A stretch of 35,915 bases of DNA from the sequence record SRR31147125_17318; one strand, given 5' to 3'. Position 1 is the first letter of the stretch, and the number at the start of each line of letters is the position of its first letter. Below are positions 1 to 9,629 of this stretch, in pieces. The notes under the pieces were generated by a model that saw only the letters and a program-made list of their open reading frames with translations, searched no databases and was not told where the DNA came from. The position numbers and the translations under genes are program-made.

Positions 1-696
1 TTTTTGTTTGTCATCATAGGAGAGTTTATCTGTTTTAATCATTCGTCTAGCTTTATCATATGCACGCGATAATAACATATCGCTGTTTTCTGGTATCTCA
101 TCTTTTAACACAACAAGTCTTGCAGATACAATCTCAGGATGAAATCCATTTCTCATGAGATCTATTTTTATTTTTTGCATGATTTGTGTTTTTGTTTTTT
201 TATGTGTGAGTTGCTTAATCTTTTTTGTAATTAAATAATCTATAATCTCAGGTTCATCAATGCGATATATATATTTAGAAATAATCGTTTTAGAAACACC
301 TTTGCTCTCTAAGAGTTTTTCTAATATAAGCGGCCCTTTTTGTTGTTTTTTTAGTTCTACAAAAATCTTCGTATATTGATCGTCATCTAAATATCTTTTT
401 TGTTCAAATTCTAAAATAATTTGGTCAACTACAGGCTTAGGAGCTCCTTTTTCTTTTAAAAAATCAGATAACTCTTTTTTAGTTTGTAATTTTTTTAAAC
501 GATTAAGACCCATTTTCTTATATGATTCATATAAATGATCATTAAAAAAATTTTGGTATGTTTTTTCTTCTAATACCATAAAAGGCTTTAAGCGATATTT
601 AAAATAAACAATGGGTTCTACTTTTAAGTCTTCTTGATCTTCAAATGAGACTAGATAGTAAAGTCTCATTTTTTTAATTTGAATAATTTTATGCAT
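1..696 (-). CDS. recX: RecX regulatory protein (3' end runs off the window)
   Basis: Not in the ORF track. Manual translation from ATG at 696 is open to the window edge: MHKIIQIKK...QTKKELSDFLKEKG...KRYLDDDQYTKIFV...KGPLILEKLLESKGV...IDLMRNGF, matching the RecX repeat pattern. Overlaps the upstream protease stop by 8 nt. Confidence 0.88.
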   Translation of the reverse strand, partial: MHKIIQIKKMRLYYLVSFEDQEDLKVEPIVYFKYRLKPFMVLEEKTYQNFFNDHLYESYKKMGLNRLKKLQTKKELSDFLKEKGAPKPVVDQIILEFEQKRYLDDDQYTKIFVELKKQQKGPLILEKLLESKGVSKTIISKYIYRIDEPEIIDYLITKKIKQLTHKKTKTQIMQKIKIDLMRNGFHPEIVSARLVVLKDEIPENSDMLLSRAYDKARRMIKTDKLSYDDKQK

Positions 697-2188
697 CTGA
701 ATCAATCATTTCGAGTAATGTCATGAGTTGCTGATCATTCGTCACATCTTCTACTAAAGCTTTATATGTGATAAATATATACTGCGCAGTTTCTAAATTA
801 ATACTACCTGTTACTTCTAATTGATTTTCTTGTTGAAATTGCATCACATAGTTTTTTGTATGATCATCAAAATATCCATCAGTTCTAATCATTGCGCCTT
901 CATCTAAATTAAAATATTCATTGATAAACATTTGATAATCAACTAATGTTTCATCAACCATATCTAACATGAGTTGATGCTCATATATTGGCATATCGAT
1001 AGTTAATATGCCCGTTTGGGTGATTTCATTGACCATTAGAGGATCTGTTTCAACATTAAGACCATCTCCATATTGCCATATGCCTTCGGTATATGTTAAA
1101 TAATATCTAACATTTTGAATATCATTTAAATATATAGAGTTTTGAAATACACCTTTACCATATGTTGGCATACCATATAAACTATACCCGGATGTTTGAA
1201 GCGAAGCTGCTAAAACCTCACTTGCAGAAGCTGATTGACCATTAACTAATACTTTAATATCATAGGCTTTAGCTTCAGATAATCCGCCATAATAATACGA
1301 TGCATCTTGATTTTTATCCACTAAACTAAATATAGGTGTCGTTAAATCATAAGGAATCAGCAATTGTGTGATACCAGGATTTAAACTCGTACCCTTATTA
1401 TTTAGCGCTGTTAGATCACCACCTGGATTATCTCTTAAATCAATAATGAGTGTATCGTCTTCATCTAGTAGTGTCTGTGATTCTAATGCATTTAAAACAT
1501 CATTAAATACATAATTCGTTCCTGGAGAAACACCTTGCTCATATCCTGCAAACTCAGATATTTTTATATATGCAACATCCTCATAGCCTAAATCAAGACT
1601 ATATGCAGTTGGTGTTTCAAATGCAGCTAAGACAAAAGATATCTCAGATATATTCCCTTCAGGATTTTCTACAATAATTTCTTTGATGTCACCTTCATTG
1701 CCAGAAAAGTAGTTGATGACATCACTGTGATCGTCTAAATCGTTAAAATATATGGCTACATCATTTTCCAAATATCCGATAATAAGATCATTTGGAAAAA
1801 CCTTTCCAAATAAATCACTGTCTTGATAAACATCTGATACGCTTAATTGTTGATCTTCAAACGCAAATTCAATACCCATCCCAACAAACGATTCAGCACT
1901 TGATGGACTAATGCTTTCTGAAATCGCAGTAATTCTTGTATATGGGTCATTGTTACTTTCTGCATAAGAATCTACCGCTGCGTACATTGATGCTAAAAAG
2001 GCATCATAAACTTCTTCTGAATCAATATCATAATAGTAATACTCATCAAAAGCTTTTGTGATATATTCAAATATCTCATCACTTTCGATAACCATTTTAT
2101 TTTCAACTAAATTTGATGAAAAATAACCTGCTGCAAAAGCAAGTATAACTGAAAATAAAAATAATATACCTAACTTTTTCGTTCCCAT
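689..2188 (-). CDS. S41 family C-terminal processing protease (CtpA/CtpB-like): N-terminal membrane anchor, PDZ-like region, S41 domain, C-terminal peptidoglycan-binding-like domain
   Basis: FVGMGI (PDZ entry), IDLRDNPGG, catalytic SASASE and TYGKG motifs, and C-terminal DGYFDDHTKNYVMQFQQENQLEVTG. Confidence 0.9.
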   Translation of the reverse strand: MGTKKLGILFLFSVILAFAAGYFSSNLVENKMVIESDEIFEYITKAFDEYYYYDIDSEEVYDAFLASMYAAVDSYAESNNDPYTRITAISESISPSSAESFVGMGIEFAFEDQQLSVSDVYQDSDLFGKVFPNDLIIGYLENDVAIYFNDLDDHSDVINYFSGNEGDIKEIIVENPEGNISEISFVLAAFETPTAYSLDLGYEDVAYIKISEFAGYEQGVSPGTNYVFNDVLNALESQTLLDEDDTLIIDLRDNPGGDLTALNNKGTSLNPGITQLLIPYDLTTPIFSLVDKNQDASYYYGGLSEAKAYDIKVLVNGQSASASEVLAASLQTSGYSLYGMPTYGKGVFQNSIYLNDIQNVRYYLTYTEGIWQYGDGLNVETDPLMVNEITQTGILTIDMPIYEHQLMLDMVDETLVDYQMFINEYFNLDEGAMIRTDGYFDDHTKNYVMQFQQENQLEVTGSINLETAQYIFITYKALVEDVTNDQQLMTLLEMIDSDA

Positions 2189-3042
2189 GACGCCAGCTCC
2201 CTACTAAATCCAAAACCTAGAGCTTCTTTTGTACGTGTAACAAAAGTAAAGGCTTTTGGATCTGTTTCTTTTATGATTTCTCTAAATCGATATAACTGTA
2301 CACGTGATACTGTACATATAATCATATCTTTTTCTTCTTTAGAATAACCACCCATCACTTTGGATAAAGTGACACCGCGTTCTAGTTTTTTAAAAATAAC
2401 TTCTGTCATTTCTTCAGCTTTTGAGGTCACAATAAATGCTGTATAGCCTGATAAACCTTCGATTGACATTCGATCTATAATAATACCTGATAATAGCATG
2501 GACCCAATGGCATATAATCCATTTTGAAAATCAACAAATAATGCAAGTACGATGACTGCACCATCAATGATATATAATGCCCAATGAAATGGTATTTTTA
2601 GATATTTATTTAGCATTTTTTGTAACACATCAACGCCACCTGTTGTTGCATTATTACGAATGACTAACCCTAATCCTGTACCAATGGTTAATGCACCAAA
2701 TGTTGCAGAAATCAATAGTGGAGATTCTGTCATATGTACCATAAATATATCCGGATCAACTGTTTGTTCAAATATCCAAATAATAACTGGAGACAAAATT
2801 GTTGCATAAATAGTTTTCATAAAAAATACACGGCCTAAAAATATAAGTCCCATCAGTAATAAGAGCGCATTGGTCACGAAAATAAATACTGAAACTGGTA
2901 TAAAATCTTGTACTAATACACTCATACCCATGACACCACCGGTAATGAGATTTAATGGTAACAAGAAAAAGTAGAAACCAAATGATAGCAACAATACGCC
3001 TAATGTGATTTCTAAAACTTCTCTTATTCTTGCTTTATCCAT
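2170..3042 (-). CDS. YitT family membrane protein (DUF161 + DUF2179)
   Basis: ITGGVMG, ATTGGVD, LERGVT, GGYS and DPKAF motifs with multiple TM helices. Start moved from GTG 3051 to ATG 3042 because of the GGGTGA RBS. Confidence 0.9.
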   Translation of the reverse strand: MDKARIREVLEITLGVLLLSFGFYFFLLPLNLITGGVMGMSVLVQDFIPVSVFIFVTNALLLLMGLIFLGRVFFMKTIYATILSPVIIWIFEQTVDPDIFMVHMTESPLLISATFGALTIGTGLGLVIRNNATTGGVDVLQKMLNKYLKIPFHWALYIIDGAVIVLALFVDFQNGLYAIGSMLLSGIIIDRMSIEGLSGYTAFIVTSKAEEMTEVIFKKLERGVTLSKVMGGYSKEEKDMIICTVSRVQLYRFREIIKETDPKAFTFVTRTKEALGFGFSRELASWERKS

Positions 3043-4135
3043 GTGAATCACCCATTTTTAAAAAGGCATTTATAAATCCATCAATGTCACCATCCATGAC
3101 ATGATCAATTTGACTCACCTCATAATTTGTTCGATGATCTTTAACCATTTGATATGGATGAAATACATAAGATCTAATTTGAGATCCCCATGCAATGTCT
3201 TTTTGTTCACCTTTAATATTTTTTAATGCTGCTTCTTGTTTCTTAATTTCTAATTGTAGCAATTTAGCTTTTAATATTTTCATCGCAGTCTCACGATTTT
3301 TAATTTGCGAACGTTCATTTTGACATGTCACGACTGTATTTGTTGGTAGATGAGTCAGTCTAACCGCTGAATCTGTGGTATTTACAGATTGACCACCAGC
3401 ACCACTTGATCGATAAACATCGACCTTGATATCTTCATCTTTTAAATCGATTTCTATATCATCATCAAACTCTGGCATCACATCAGCTGATGCGAATGAT
3501 GTATGTCTTCTTGCATTTGAATCAAATGGAGATATTCTCACAAGTCGATGAACACCCTTTTCCGCCTTTAAATAGCCATATGCATAAGGTCCCTTAACAC
3601 GGATAGTCACACTTTTAATTCCAGCTTCATCGCCTGCTTGATAATCAAGCACTTCAACTTTATATTTTCTTCTTTGTGAAAATCTTGTATACATACGGTA
3701 TAGCATATCACACCAATCTTGTGATTCTGTACCCCCAGCACCAGGATGTAGTTCTATGATTGCATCATGATCATCATATGGACCACTGAGTAATGTTTCA
3801 ATTTCAAAAGCTTTTAACGTTTCTTCTAAAGTTGCTATATCTTCTTCTAAAATGACCCATTCTTCACTATCTTCTTCAGATATTTCAAACCAATCGATCA
3901 GTTGAACTAACTTATTTTTGAGTTGTCCGTACTGTTCAATTTTGTCTTTAATCATATTTGCTTCTTTAGATACTTTTCTCGCTAAATTGGGATTATTCCA
4001 AAAATCTGGTTCAACCATTTCTTGATTTAACGCTTCATATCTTTGTCGAAGTTTATCAGGATTAAGTGCATTATTTAAATCTTCTATTCTTGATTCAAAA
4101 GATTTAATTTTTTTATGTATATCGTAGCGTTCCAA
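3035..4135 (-). CDS. prfB: Peptide chain release factor 2, continuous ORF
   Basis: GAGGTESQDW, SPF recognition tripeptide and GAGGQ. Lies directly downstream of secA. Confidence 0.98.
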   Translation of the reverse strand: MERYDIHKKIKSFESRIEDLNNALNPDKLRQRYEALNQEMVEPDFWNNPNLARKVSKEANMIKDKIEQYGQLKNKLVQLIDWFEISEEDSEEWVILEEDIATLEETLKAFEIETLLSGPYDDHDAIIELHPGAGGTESQDWCDMLYRMYTRFSQRRKYKVEVLDYQAGDEAGIKSVTIRVKGPYAYGYLKAEKGVHRLVRISPFDSNARRHTSFASADVMPEFDDDIEIDLKDEDIKVDVYRSSGAGGQSVNTTDSAVRLTHLPTNTVVTCQNERSQIKNRETAMKILKAKLLQLEIKKQEAALKNIKGEQKDIAWGSQIRSYVFHPYQMVKDHRTNYEVSQIDHVMDGDIDGFINAFLKMGDSHG

Positions 4136-4147
4136 ATGGATGTCCTC

Positions 4148-6625
4148 CTAACGCCAAGGTTTATTTCTTTGATTTTTATTTTTTCTAACCTTAGGTTTTC
4201 TTTTTTTACTTGCTGCTGAAACACCTTCATTTGTACGTGTATTTTTAACAACAGCTTCTCGTTCTTGATTATATCTAATTTGTGCACGTAGTGCATATCT
4301 TGTAATATCATAGCTAATGTTTTCAATCATTTCATTAAATAATCTTAAACCTTCTCTTTGATAAATAACAAGTGGGTTTTGTTGTGCATATGATTGTAAT
4401 CTTACGCCTTGTCTAAGTTCATCCATGACATCAATATGTCTCATCCAGAATGTATCAATCACGCGAAGCATCACAACTTTTAAAAATTCGCTAAATACAG
4501 CTTCTGGTACTTCTGATTTCTTTTGATCTAATGCTTGTTTACCACAATCATTGACATATTCCACAAGTGCTTCTGCCCCTAGCGTTTTCATATGATCAAC
4601 GTTTAAAACACCTGGCACAAAAATAGGTCCTTCAAAATGTTTGAAGGCTTGTTCTGCTTCAATGGGTGTTTCATTTTTTTCATAAGTAATAAAACGATTT
4701 GTTTGTGCAGTTAGTTGTGTTTCAACAGTTTGTCTAACCTGTTCTTCAACAGATTCTAATGTTAAAACATCACGACGTTCTTTATAAATAATTTCTCTTT
4801 GTTTTCTAATGACATCGTCATATTTTAATACTTGTTTACGAGAATCATAGTTATTACCTTCAATACGTTTTTGCGCATTTGTGACAAATCTCGAAAACAT
4901 TTTTGATGATATTGGTTCACCTGTAGTGTTTAGTCGATTAAGTGTTGCAAGTCTTTGTTTAAATGATTCACCACCAAATCTTATTAGTAATTCATCTTCA
5001 GCTGATAAATAGAATCTTGAATAACCTGGATCCCCTTGACGACCACTACGCCCTCTTAGTTGGTTATCAATTCTTCTAGATTCATGACGTTCACTACCAA
5101 TGACTGCAAGTCCACCAAGTTCAATAACACCTTCACCTAGTTTAATATCGGTCCCACGACCAGCCATATTCGTTGCAATTGTCACAGATCCTTTTAAACC
5201 TGCTTTCGCAACGATTTCAGCTTCTCTTTCATGATTTTTCGCATTTAAAACTTCATGTGGAATACGTAGAGCTTTAAGTTTTCTCGATAAATCTTCTGAT
5301 GATTCAACTGCGACAGTACCGATAAGAATCGGTTGACCTGTTTCGTATCTTTGTTGAACTTCTTTACAAAGAGCATCAAGTTTTTCTTCCATAGTAACAA
5401 ATAAAAAGTCTGGCTCATCGGCTCTAATGACAGGTTTATTTGTAGGAACTTCTACAACATCCATATTATAGATTTCTCTAAATTCTTCTTCTTCAGTTTT
5501 TGCTGTACCAGTCATCCCTGATAGTTTTTTATACATTCTAAAGAAGTTTTGGTATGTAATAGTTGCAACCGTTTTGGTTTCTTGTTTAATTTGCACGCCT
5601 TCTTTTGCTTCTAATGCTTGGTGAAGACCTTCAGAAAATTGTCTACCTCTTAAAATACGACCTGTAAATTGGTCAACAATTAAAACTTCGCCATCATTGA
5701 CGACATATTCTTTATCTCTGCTCATAATATAATTTGCACGTAGTGCATTGTTAATATGATGAACAAGTGTTACATACTTTAAGTCATATAAATTATCAAT
5801 TTGAAATATTTTTTCTGCTCTTTCAATACCTGTTGGCGTCAGTTCAATCGTTTTAGATTCTATATCTATTTCAAAATCTTCATCTCTAAGTGATTTTGTG
5901 AATCGATCAGCTGCTTGATACAAGTTCATATTATTTTTTGATCCGCCAGAAATAATCAATGGTGTTCTAGCCTCATCAATTAAGATGGAGTCGACCTCAT
6001 CAATTATAGCGAAATTAAGGCCTCTTTGTGCAACCATATCTTTGGCATACAATACCATGTGATCACGTAAGTAATCAAAACCTAATTCACTATTTGTTGA
6101 ATACAAAATATCACAATCATAAGCTTCACGTTTAGATGGACGATCTAATTCTCTTAAATTCAGTCCTACAGTGAGTCCTAAAAATCTAAAAAGCTCTCCA
6201 ATGTCACCTTCAACCTCACGTTTTGCAAGGTATTCATTAACAGTAACGATATGTACACCTTCACCATTTAAAGCACTTAAATATGCCGGCATAACAGCTG
6301 TTAAAGTTTTCCCTTCACCAGTTTTCATTTCTGCAATATTACCATCAAATATAGCAACCGCACCACATACCTGTACAAAGTATGGGAATAGTCCTGTCAC
6401 ACGTCTTGAAGCTTCACGTACAACTGCAAAAGCTTCAACCATGAGATCATCTAATGTTTCTCCTTGCTTGAATCTTTGTTTAAATATTTCTGTTTTAGCT
6501 TTTAGGTCATCATCAGATAATTTTTCCATATCTTTTTCTAATTCGAAAACTTTTTCAGCGATAACTTCAGCTTTTTTAAGTTCTTTTTTTCCTTGATCAA
6601 ATAGGTTTCTAAATAGTTTTAACAT
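4148..6625 (-). CDS. secA: Preprotein translocase ATPase SecA
   Basis: MKTGEGKT, DEVDSILIDEARTPLIISG, TNMAGRGTDI and QLRGRSGRQGDPG. Likely start is ATG 6625 after AAGGATG (ORF track begins 6646). Confidence 0.98.
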   Translation of the reverse strand: MLKLFRNLFDQGKKELKKAEVIAEKVFELEKDMEKLSDDDLKAKTEIFKQRFKQGETLDDLMVEAFAVVREASRRVTGLFPYFVQVCGAVAIFDGNIAEMKTGEGKTLTAVMPAYLSALNGEGVHIVTVNEYLAKREVEGDIGELFRFLGLTVGLNLRELDRPSKREAYDCDILYSTNSELGFDYLRDHMVLYAKDMVAQRGLNFAIIDEVDSILIDEARTPLIISGGSKNNMNLYQAADRFTKSLRDEDFEIDIESKTIELTPTGIERAEKIFQIDNLYDLKYVTLVHHINNALRANYIMSRDKEYVVNDGEVLIVDQFTGRILRGRQFSEGLHQALEAKEGVQIKQETKTVATITYQNFFRMYKKLSGMTGTAKTEEEEFREIYNMDVVEVPTNKPVIRADEPDFLFVTMEEKLDALCKEVQQRYETGQPILIGTVAVESSEDLSRKLKALRIPHEVLNAKNHEREAEIVAKAGLKGSVTIATNMAGRGTDIKLGEGVIELGGLAVIGSERHESRRIDNQLRGRSGRQGDPGYSRFYLSAEDELLIRFGGESFKQRLATLNRLNTTGEPISSKMFSRFVTNAQKRIEGNNYDSRKQVLKYDDVIRKQREIIYKERRDVLTLESVEEQVRQTVETQLTAQTNRFITYEKNETPIEAEQAFKHFEGPIFVPGVLNVDHMKTLGAEALVEYVNDCGKQALDQKKSEVPEAVFSEFLKVVMLRVIDTFWMRHIDVMDELRQGVRLQSYAQQNPLVIYQREGLRLFNEMIENISYDITRYALRAQIRYNQEREAVVKNTRTNEGVSAASKKRKPKVRKNKNQRNKPWR

Positions 6626-6654
6626 ATATGTACACATCCTTTGCATTCTCTATT

Positions 6655-6683
6655 ATATTACTATAATAGAGCGATTTTTACAA
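6655..6683 (-). promoter_or_regulatory. Putative sigma-70 promoter of secA
   Basis: TTGTAA (6683-6678), 17 nt spacer, TAATAT (6660-6655). An overlapping TATAAT lies at 6657-6652. Confidence 0.5.
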
Positions 6684-6727
6684 GAATCTAGATGATTATA
6701 TCTTATTTTTACATAATTAAATATTGA

Positions 6728-6760
6728 ATAAAAAAATAGAATGCATGATGCATTCTATTT
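6728..6760 (-). terminator. Intrinsic terminator after lemA
   Basis: AAATAGAATGCA-tga-TGCATTCTATTT perfect stem followed by a T-run on the minus strand. Confidence 0.85.
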
Positions 6761-6777
6761 GTCTTCATTAAACTTTT

Positions 6778-7335
6778 TTAAAAATCAAATTTCACATCTT
6801 GACGTTTCATTTCATCAGCTTCAAAGAAGTCGCGTTTTTCAAACTTTTTCCAGTTTGCAATGACACTTGATGGGAAAACAACAATCTTTTGATTATATAC
6901 AGACACATTAGAGTTATATACTCTTCTTGAAGCAGCTAAATTTTCTTCAACTTCAGTTGATGCATCTTGTAATTTAAGCATATTTTGACTCGCTTTTAAA
7001 TCAGGATATTGTTCAACAACTACATTGATTGATTCTAGACCTCTTGTGACTTGATTAGCAAATTCTTGTTTTTCTTTAATTGACGCACTATGTCCTGGTT
7101 GACGCATTTTAACAACTTCAGTTAGTGTGTCTTTTTCATGTTTCATGTAACCTTTAACGGCTTGAAACATTTTAGTTAATAAATCATAACGTTTTGTAAG
7201 TGCAACATCAATACTTGATTCTGATTCATCAATTTTAATTTGCATACGTCTAAATGAATTTGTTGTAGAAATAACCCATGAAACTAAGATGAGTAAAACA
7301 ACAACAATTGCAATAATATATGGCAAAGCCGGCAT
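6778..7335 (-). CDS. lemA: LemA family protein
   Basis: N-terminal TM helix, IDVALTKRYDL, EQYPDLKASQN, SRRVYNSNV and FPSSVIA. Confidence 0.95.
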   Translation of the reverse strand: MPALPYIIAIVVVLLILVSWVISTTNSFRRMQIKIDESESSIDVALTKRYDLLTKMFQAVKGYMKHEKDTLTEVVKMRQPGHSASIKEKQEFANQVTRGLESINVVVEQYPDLKASQNMLKLQDASTEVEENLAASRRVYNSNVSVYNQKIVVFPSSVIANWKKFEKRDFFEADEMKRQDVKFDF

Positions 7336-7377
7336 AATTTAAATCTCCTTTTAATATGTATATGTTATTTTTCTTTC

Positions 7378-7386
7378 ATTATATCA
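7378..7386 (-). promoter_or_regulatory. Putative extended -10 promoter for lemA
   Basis: TGaTATAAT about 45 nt upstream of the lemA ATG, followed by an AAGGAG RBS. Confidence 0.5.
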
Positions 7387-7390
7387 TGTT

Positions 7391-8287
7391 TTATTGTTTT
7401 TTAAACTTTTGAGAGTCTAGTCTAAATTCATTAATCACCGCAGCAATCAATTCAATATCATCAACTGTTGATTTTAATCCTTCTTCGGTAATTGGTGTTT
7501 TATAAGAGACTTCTAAATAATCTTTTCGATCATTAATCCCGATGTGTAACTCATTATCCATAAAACAGTAAACAATTTGACCTTTATGCATTTTTTCTAG
7601 TTTTAATAATTTTTCAATCATTGATGATGTGATTTGATAAAAACCATATTGTTTAGATGTTGCATAAATCGTAAATTTTTTATTAAATTCAATACTCTCG
7701 GTATCCATTTTTTCATATCCACGTTTATTAAAGCCAAATCTTGATTCAATAATTATCAATCCTTCTTTAAAATGACGTTCAAAATAATATGTAATCCATC
7801 TACCTTTAAAATATGTTTCATATGATACATGAACATTACCTTTTGAATCTCGTCTTTCAACACGTTCTTTTAAGTCAAGATCAGATGTTTCAAATTTAAC
7901 ACCTTTATACGACGCGCTAAAATAGTCTTCCATTGTATATCGATCAGGACGCTTTACAGTTTCAGTTTTTAGGATTTGTGTAAGTGGAATACCTGATTTT
8001 GCATCATATCTCACATCTTCATAAGCATCTTTTAAAAGGACTGTAATAAGATCATTTTTAATTGATTTATTATATGCGCCAACGCCTTTGTAAGCGACTG
8101 CTAGCATAATTATTCCTACGATGGCACCTACAATACCTATCACTAAAAGAATTGGCAATTCAGTAGCTGCACCAGCTACAATGAAAAGGATGCCTGGTAT
8201 TAATGCAAATAATGCATTTTTTCTACCTTTTTTAATTTCTGCCATTAAGGCAAGTCGTTTTTGTTCTAGATTTTGAAAATCATTCAT
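7391..8287 (-). CDS. DUF3137 domain membrane protein
   Basis: Two N-terminal TM helices, ED.F...YKGV.F...D, FKGRW and ESIEFNKKFTIYA. Adjacent to lemA, a usual partner. ATG 8287 follows AGGTGA (ORF track 8296). Confidence 0.8.
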   Translation of the reverse strand: MNDFQNLEQKRLALMAEIKKGRKNALFALIPGILFIVAGAATELPILLVIGIVGAIVGIIMLAVAYKGVGAYNKSIKNDLITVLLKDAYEDVRYDAKSGIPLTQILKTETVKRPDRYTMEDYFSASYKGVKFETSDLDLKERVERRDSKGNVHVSYETYFKGRWITYYFERHFKEGLIIIESRFGFNKRGYEKMDTESIEFNKKFTIYATSKQYGFYQITSSMIEKLLKLEKMHKGQIVYCFMDNELHIGINDRKDYLEVSYKTPITEEGLKSTVDDIELIAAVINEFRLDSQKFKKQ

Positions 8288-8307
8288 TTTTATCACCTAG
8301 GACCATT

Positions 8308-9456
8308 TTATACTAAATCTTTGAATAATTCAATTTTATCAAGTTTTTCCCATGTAAATTCATCGTTAGATTTTCCAAAATGGCCATATTGCGTCGTTTT
8401 ACGATAAATCGGTTGATTAAGTTTTAGTGTGTCAATAATGCCTTTAGGTGTTAAATCAAAGTTATCAATAACTCTTTGATAGATTGCTTCTTGACTCACT
8501 TTTTCTGTATTAAATGTATTAATATTTACACTCACTGGTTCGGATACTCCTATGGCATAAGCAAGTTGTATTTCACAGGCATCTGCAATACCGGATGCGA
8601 CAATATTTTTAGCAATGTATCTTGACATATATGCTGCTGAACGATCAACTTTAGTAGCATCTTTACCAGAAAACGCACCACCACCATGTCTTGCATAACC
8701 ACCATAAGTATCAACGATTATTTTTCTACCTGTGAGTCCTGCATCGCCGTGTGGTCCACCCATGACAAATCTTCCTGTAGGATTGATTTTATATGATGTT
8801 TTAGATAGATCATAATCTTTTAAAACAGGTTTAATCACAGATTCAATCATTGCACGATGTAGATCATTTTGTTCAAAATCTGGATCGTGTTGAGTTGATA
8901 AAACAATGGTATCAATGTATGCAAATTGATCATGTTCATCATATGCACATGTAACTTGTGTTTTACCATCTGGTCTAAGTCCTTTAACGATACCTTCTTT
9001 TCTTACATATGCAAGTCTTTCTGCGAGTCGATGGGCTAAATAAATAGGCAGTGGTAAAAAAGTATCTGTGTCATTGTTTGCATAACCAAACATAAACCCT
9101 TGATCACCAGCACCTAAAGCTTTCTTTTGATCTTTATTCACACCCATAGCAATATCAGGTGATTGTTGTTTGATGCGTACTTCTACTTTGACATCATCAG
9201 CATTGTAACCATAAGCTTGATCATTATATCCTATAAATCTAATGGCATCTTTGACTACTTTTTCAAAATCTATTTTTGCTTTGGTTGATATTTCACCAAA
9301 TAAAAGTGCGTAATTTGTTGTTACTGCAGTCTCTATAGCAACTCTTGAATATGGATCTTGTTCAAGGCATGCATCCAAAACTGAATCTGATATATAATCT
9401 GCGACCTTATCTGGATGTCCTTCAGTCACAGACTCACTACTAAATAATTTATACAT
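8308..9456 (-). CDS. metK: S-adenosylmethionine synthetase
   Basis: SESVTEGHPDK, GAGDQG, GLTGRKIIVDTYGG and GGGAFSGKD. Confidence 0.99.
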   Translation of the reverse strand: MYKLFSSESVTEGHPDKVADYISDSVLDACLEQDPYSRVAIETAVTTNYALLFGEISTKAKIDFEKVVKDAIRFIGYNDQAYGYNADDVKVEVRIKQQSPDIAMGVNKDQKKALGAGDQGFMFGYANNDTDTFLPLPIYLAHRLAERLAYVRKEGIVKGLRPDGKTQVTCAYDEHDQFAYIDTIVLSTQHDPDFEQNDLHRAMIESVIKPVLKDYDLSKTSYKINPTGRFVMGGPHGDAGLTGRKIIVDTYGGYARHGGGAFSGKDATKVDRSAAYMSRYIAKNIVASGIADACEIQLAYAIGVSEPVSVNINTFNTEKVSQEAIYQRVIDNFDLTPKGIIDTLKLNQPIYRKTTQYGHFGKSNDEFTWEKLDKIELFKDLV

Positions 9457-9470
9457 TTTTTATTCCTCCT

Positions 9471-9501
9471 AAAAATAAAACGCTTCTCCAAAGGAAAAGC
9501 G
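9471..9501 (-). terminator. Expression-platform terminator of the metK riboswitch
   Basis: CGCTTTTCC-ttt-GGAGAAGCG-TTTTATTTTT just before the AGGAGG RBS. The 5' arm (TTTCCTT) can alternatively pair with AAGGAAA at the 3' side of P1. Confidence 0.88.
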
Positions 9502-9510
9502 ATATCGTTT

Positions 9511-9604
9511 CCTTATTGATAGACATAAGTCCCTAGTGTGAGCACCTAATTAAATAGGTTGCTGCTATGTCTTAGGCCACTGACCTCGATAGCTCTTAAT
9601 AAAG
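9511..9604 (-). ncRNA. SAM-I (S-box) riboswitch aptamer
   Basis: Minus strand reads CTTTATTAAGAG-CTAT-CGAGGTCAGTGGCCTAAGAC-ATAG-CAGCAACC-tatttaatt-AGGTGCT-CACACT-AGGGACttatGTCTAT-CAATAAGG. This gives P1, P2 with a kink-turn-like region, P3 GCAACC/GGTGC and an AGTG/CACT pseudoknot, upstream of metK. Confidence 0.92.
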
Positions 9605-9629
9605 TATTTTGATTTAATTGTGCAGGCAT

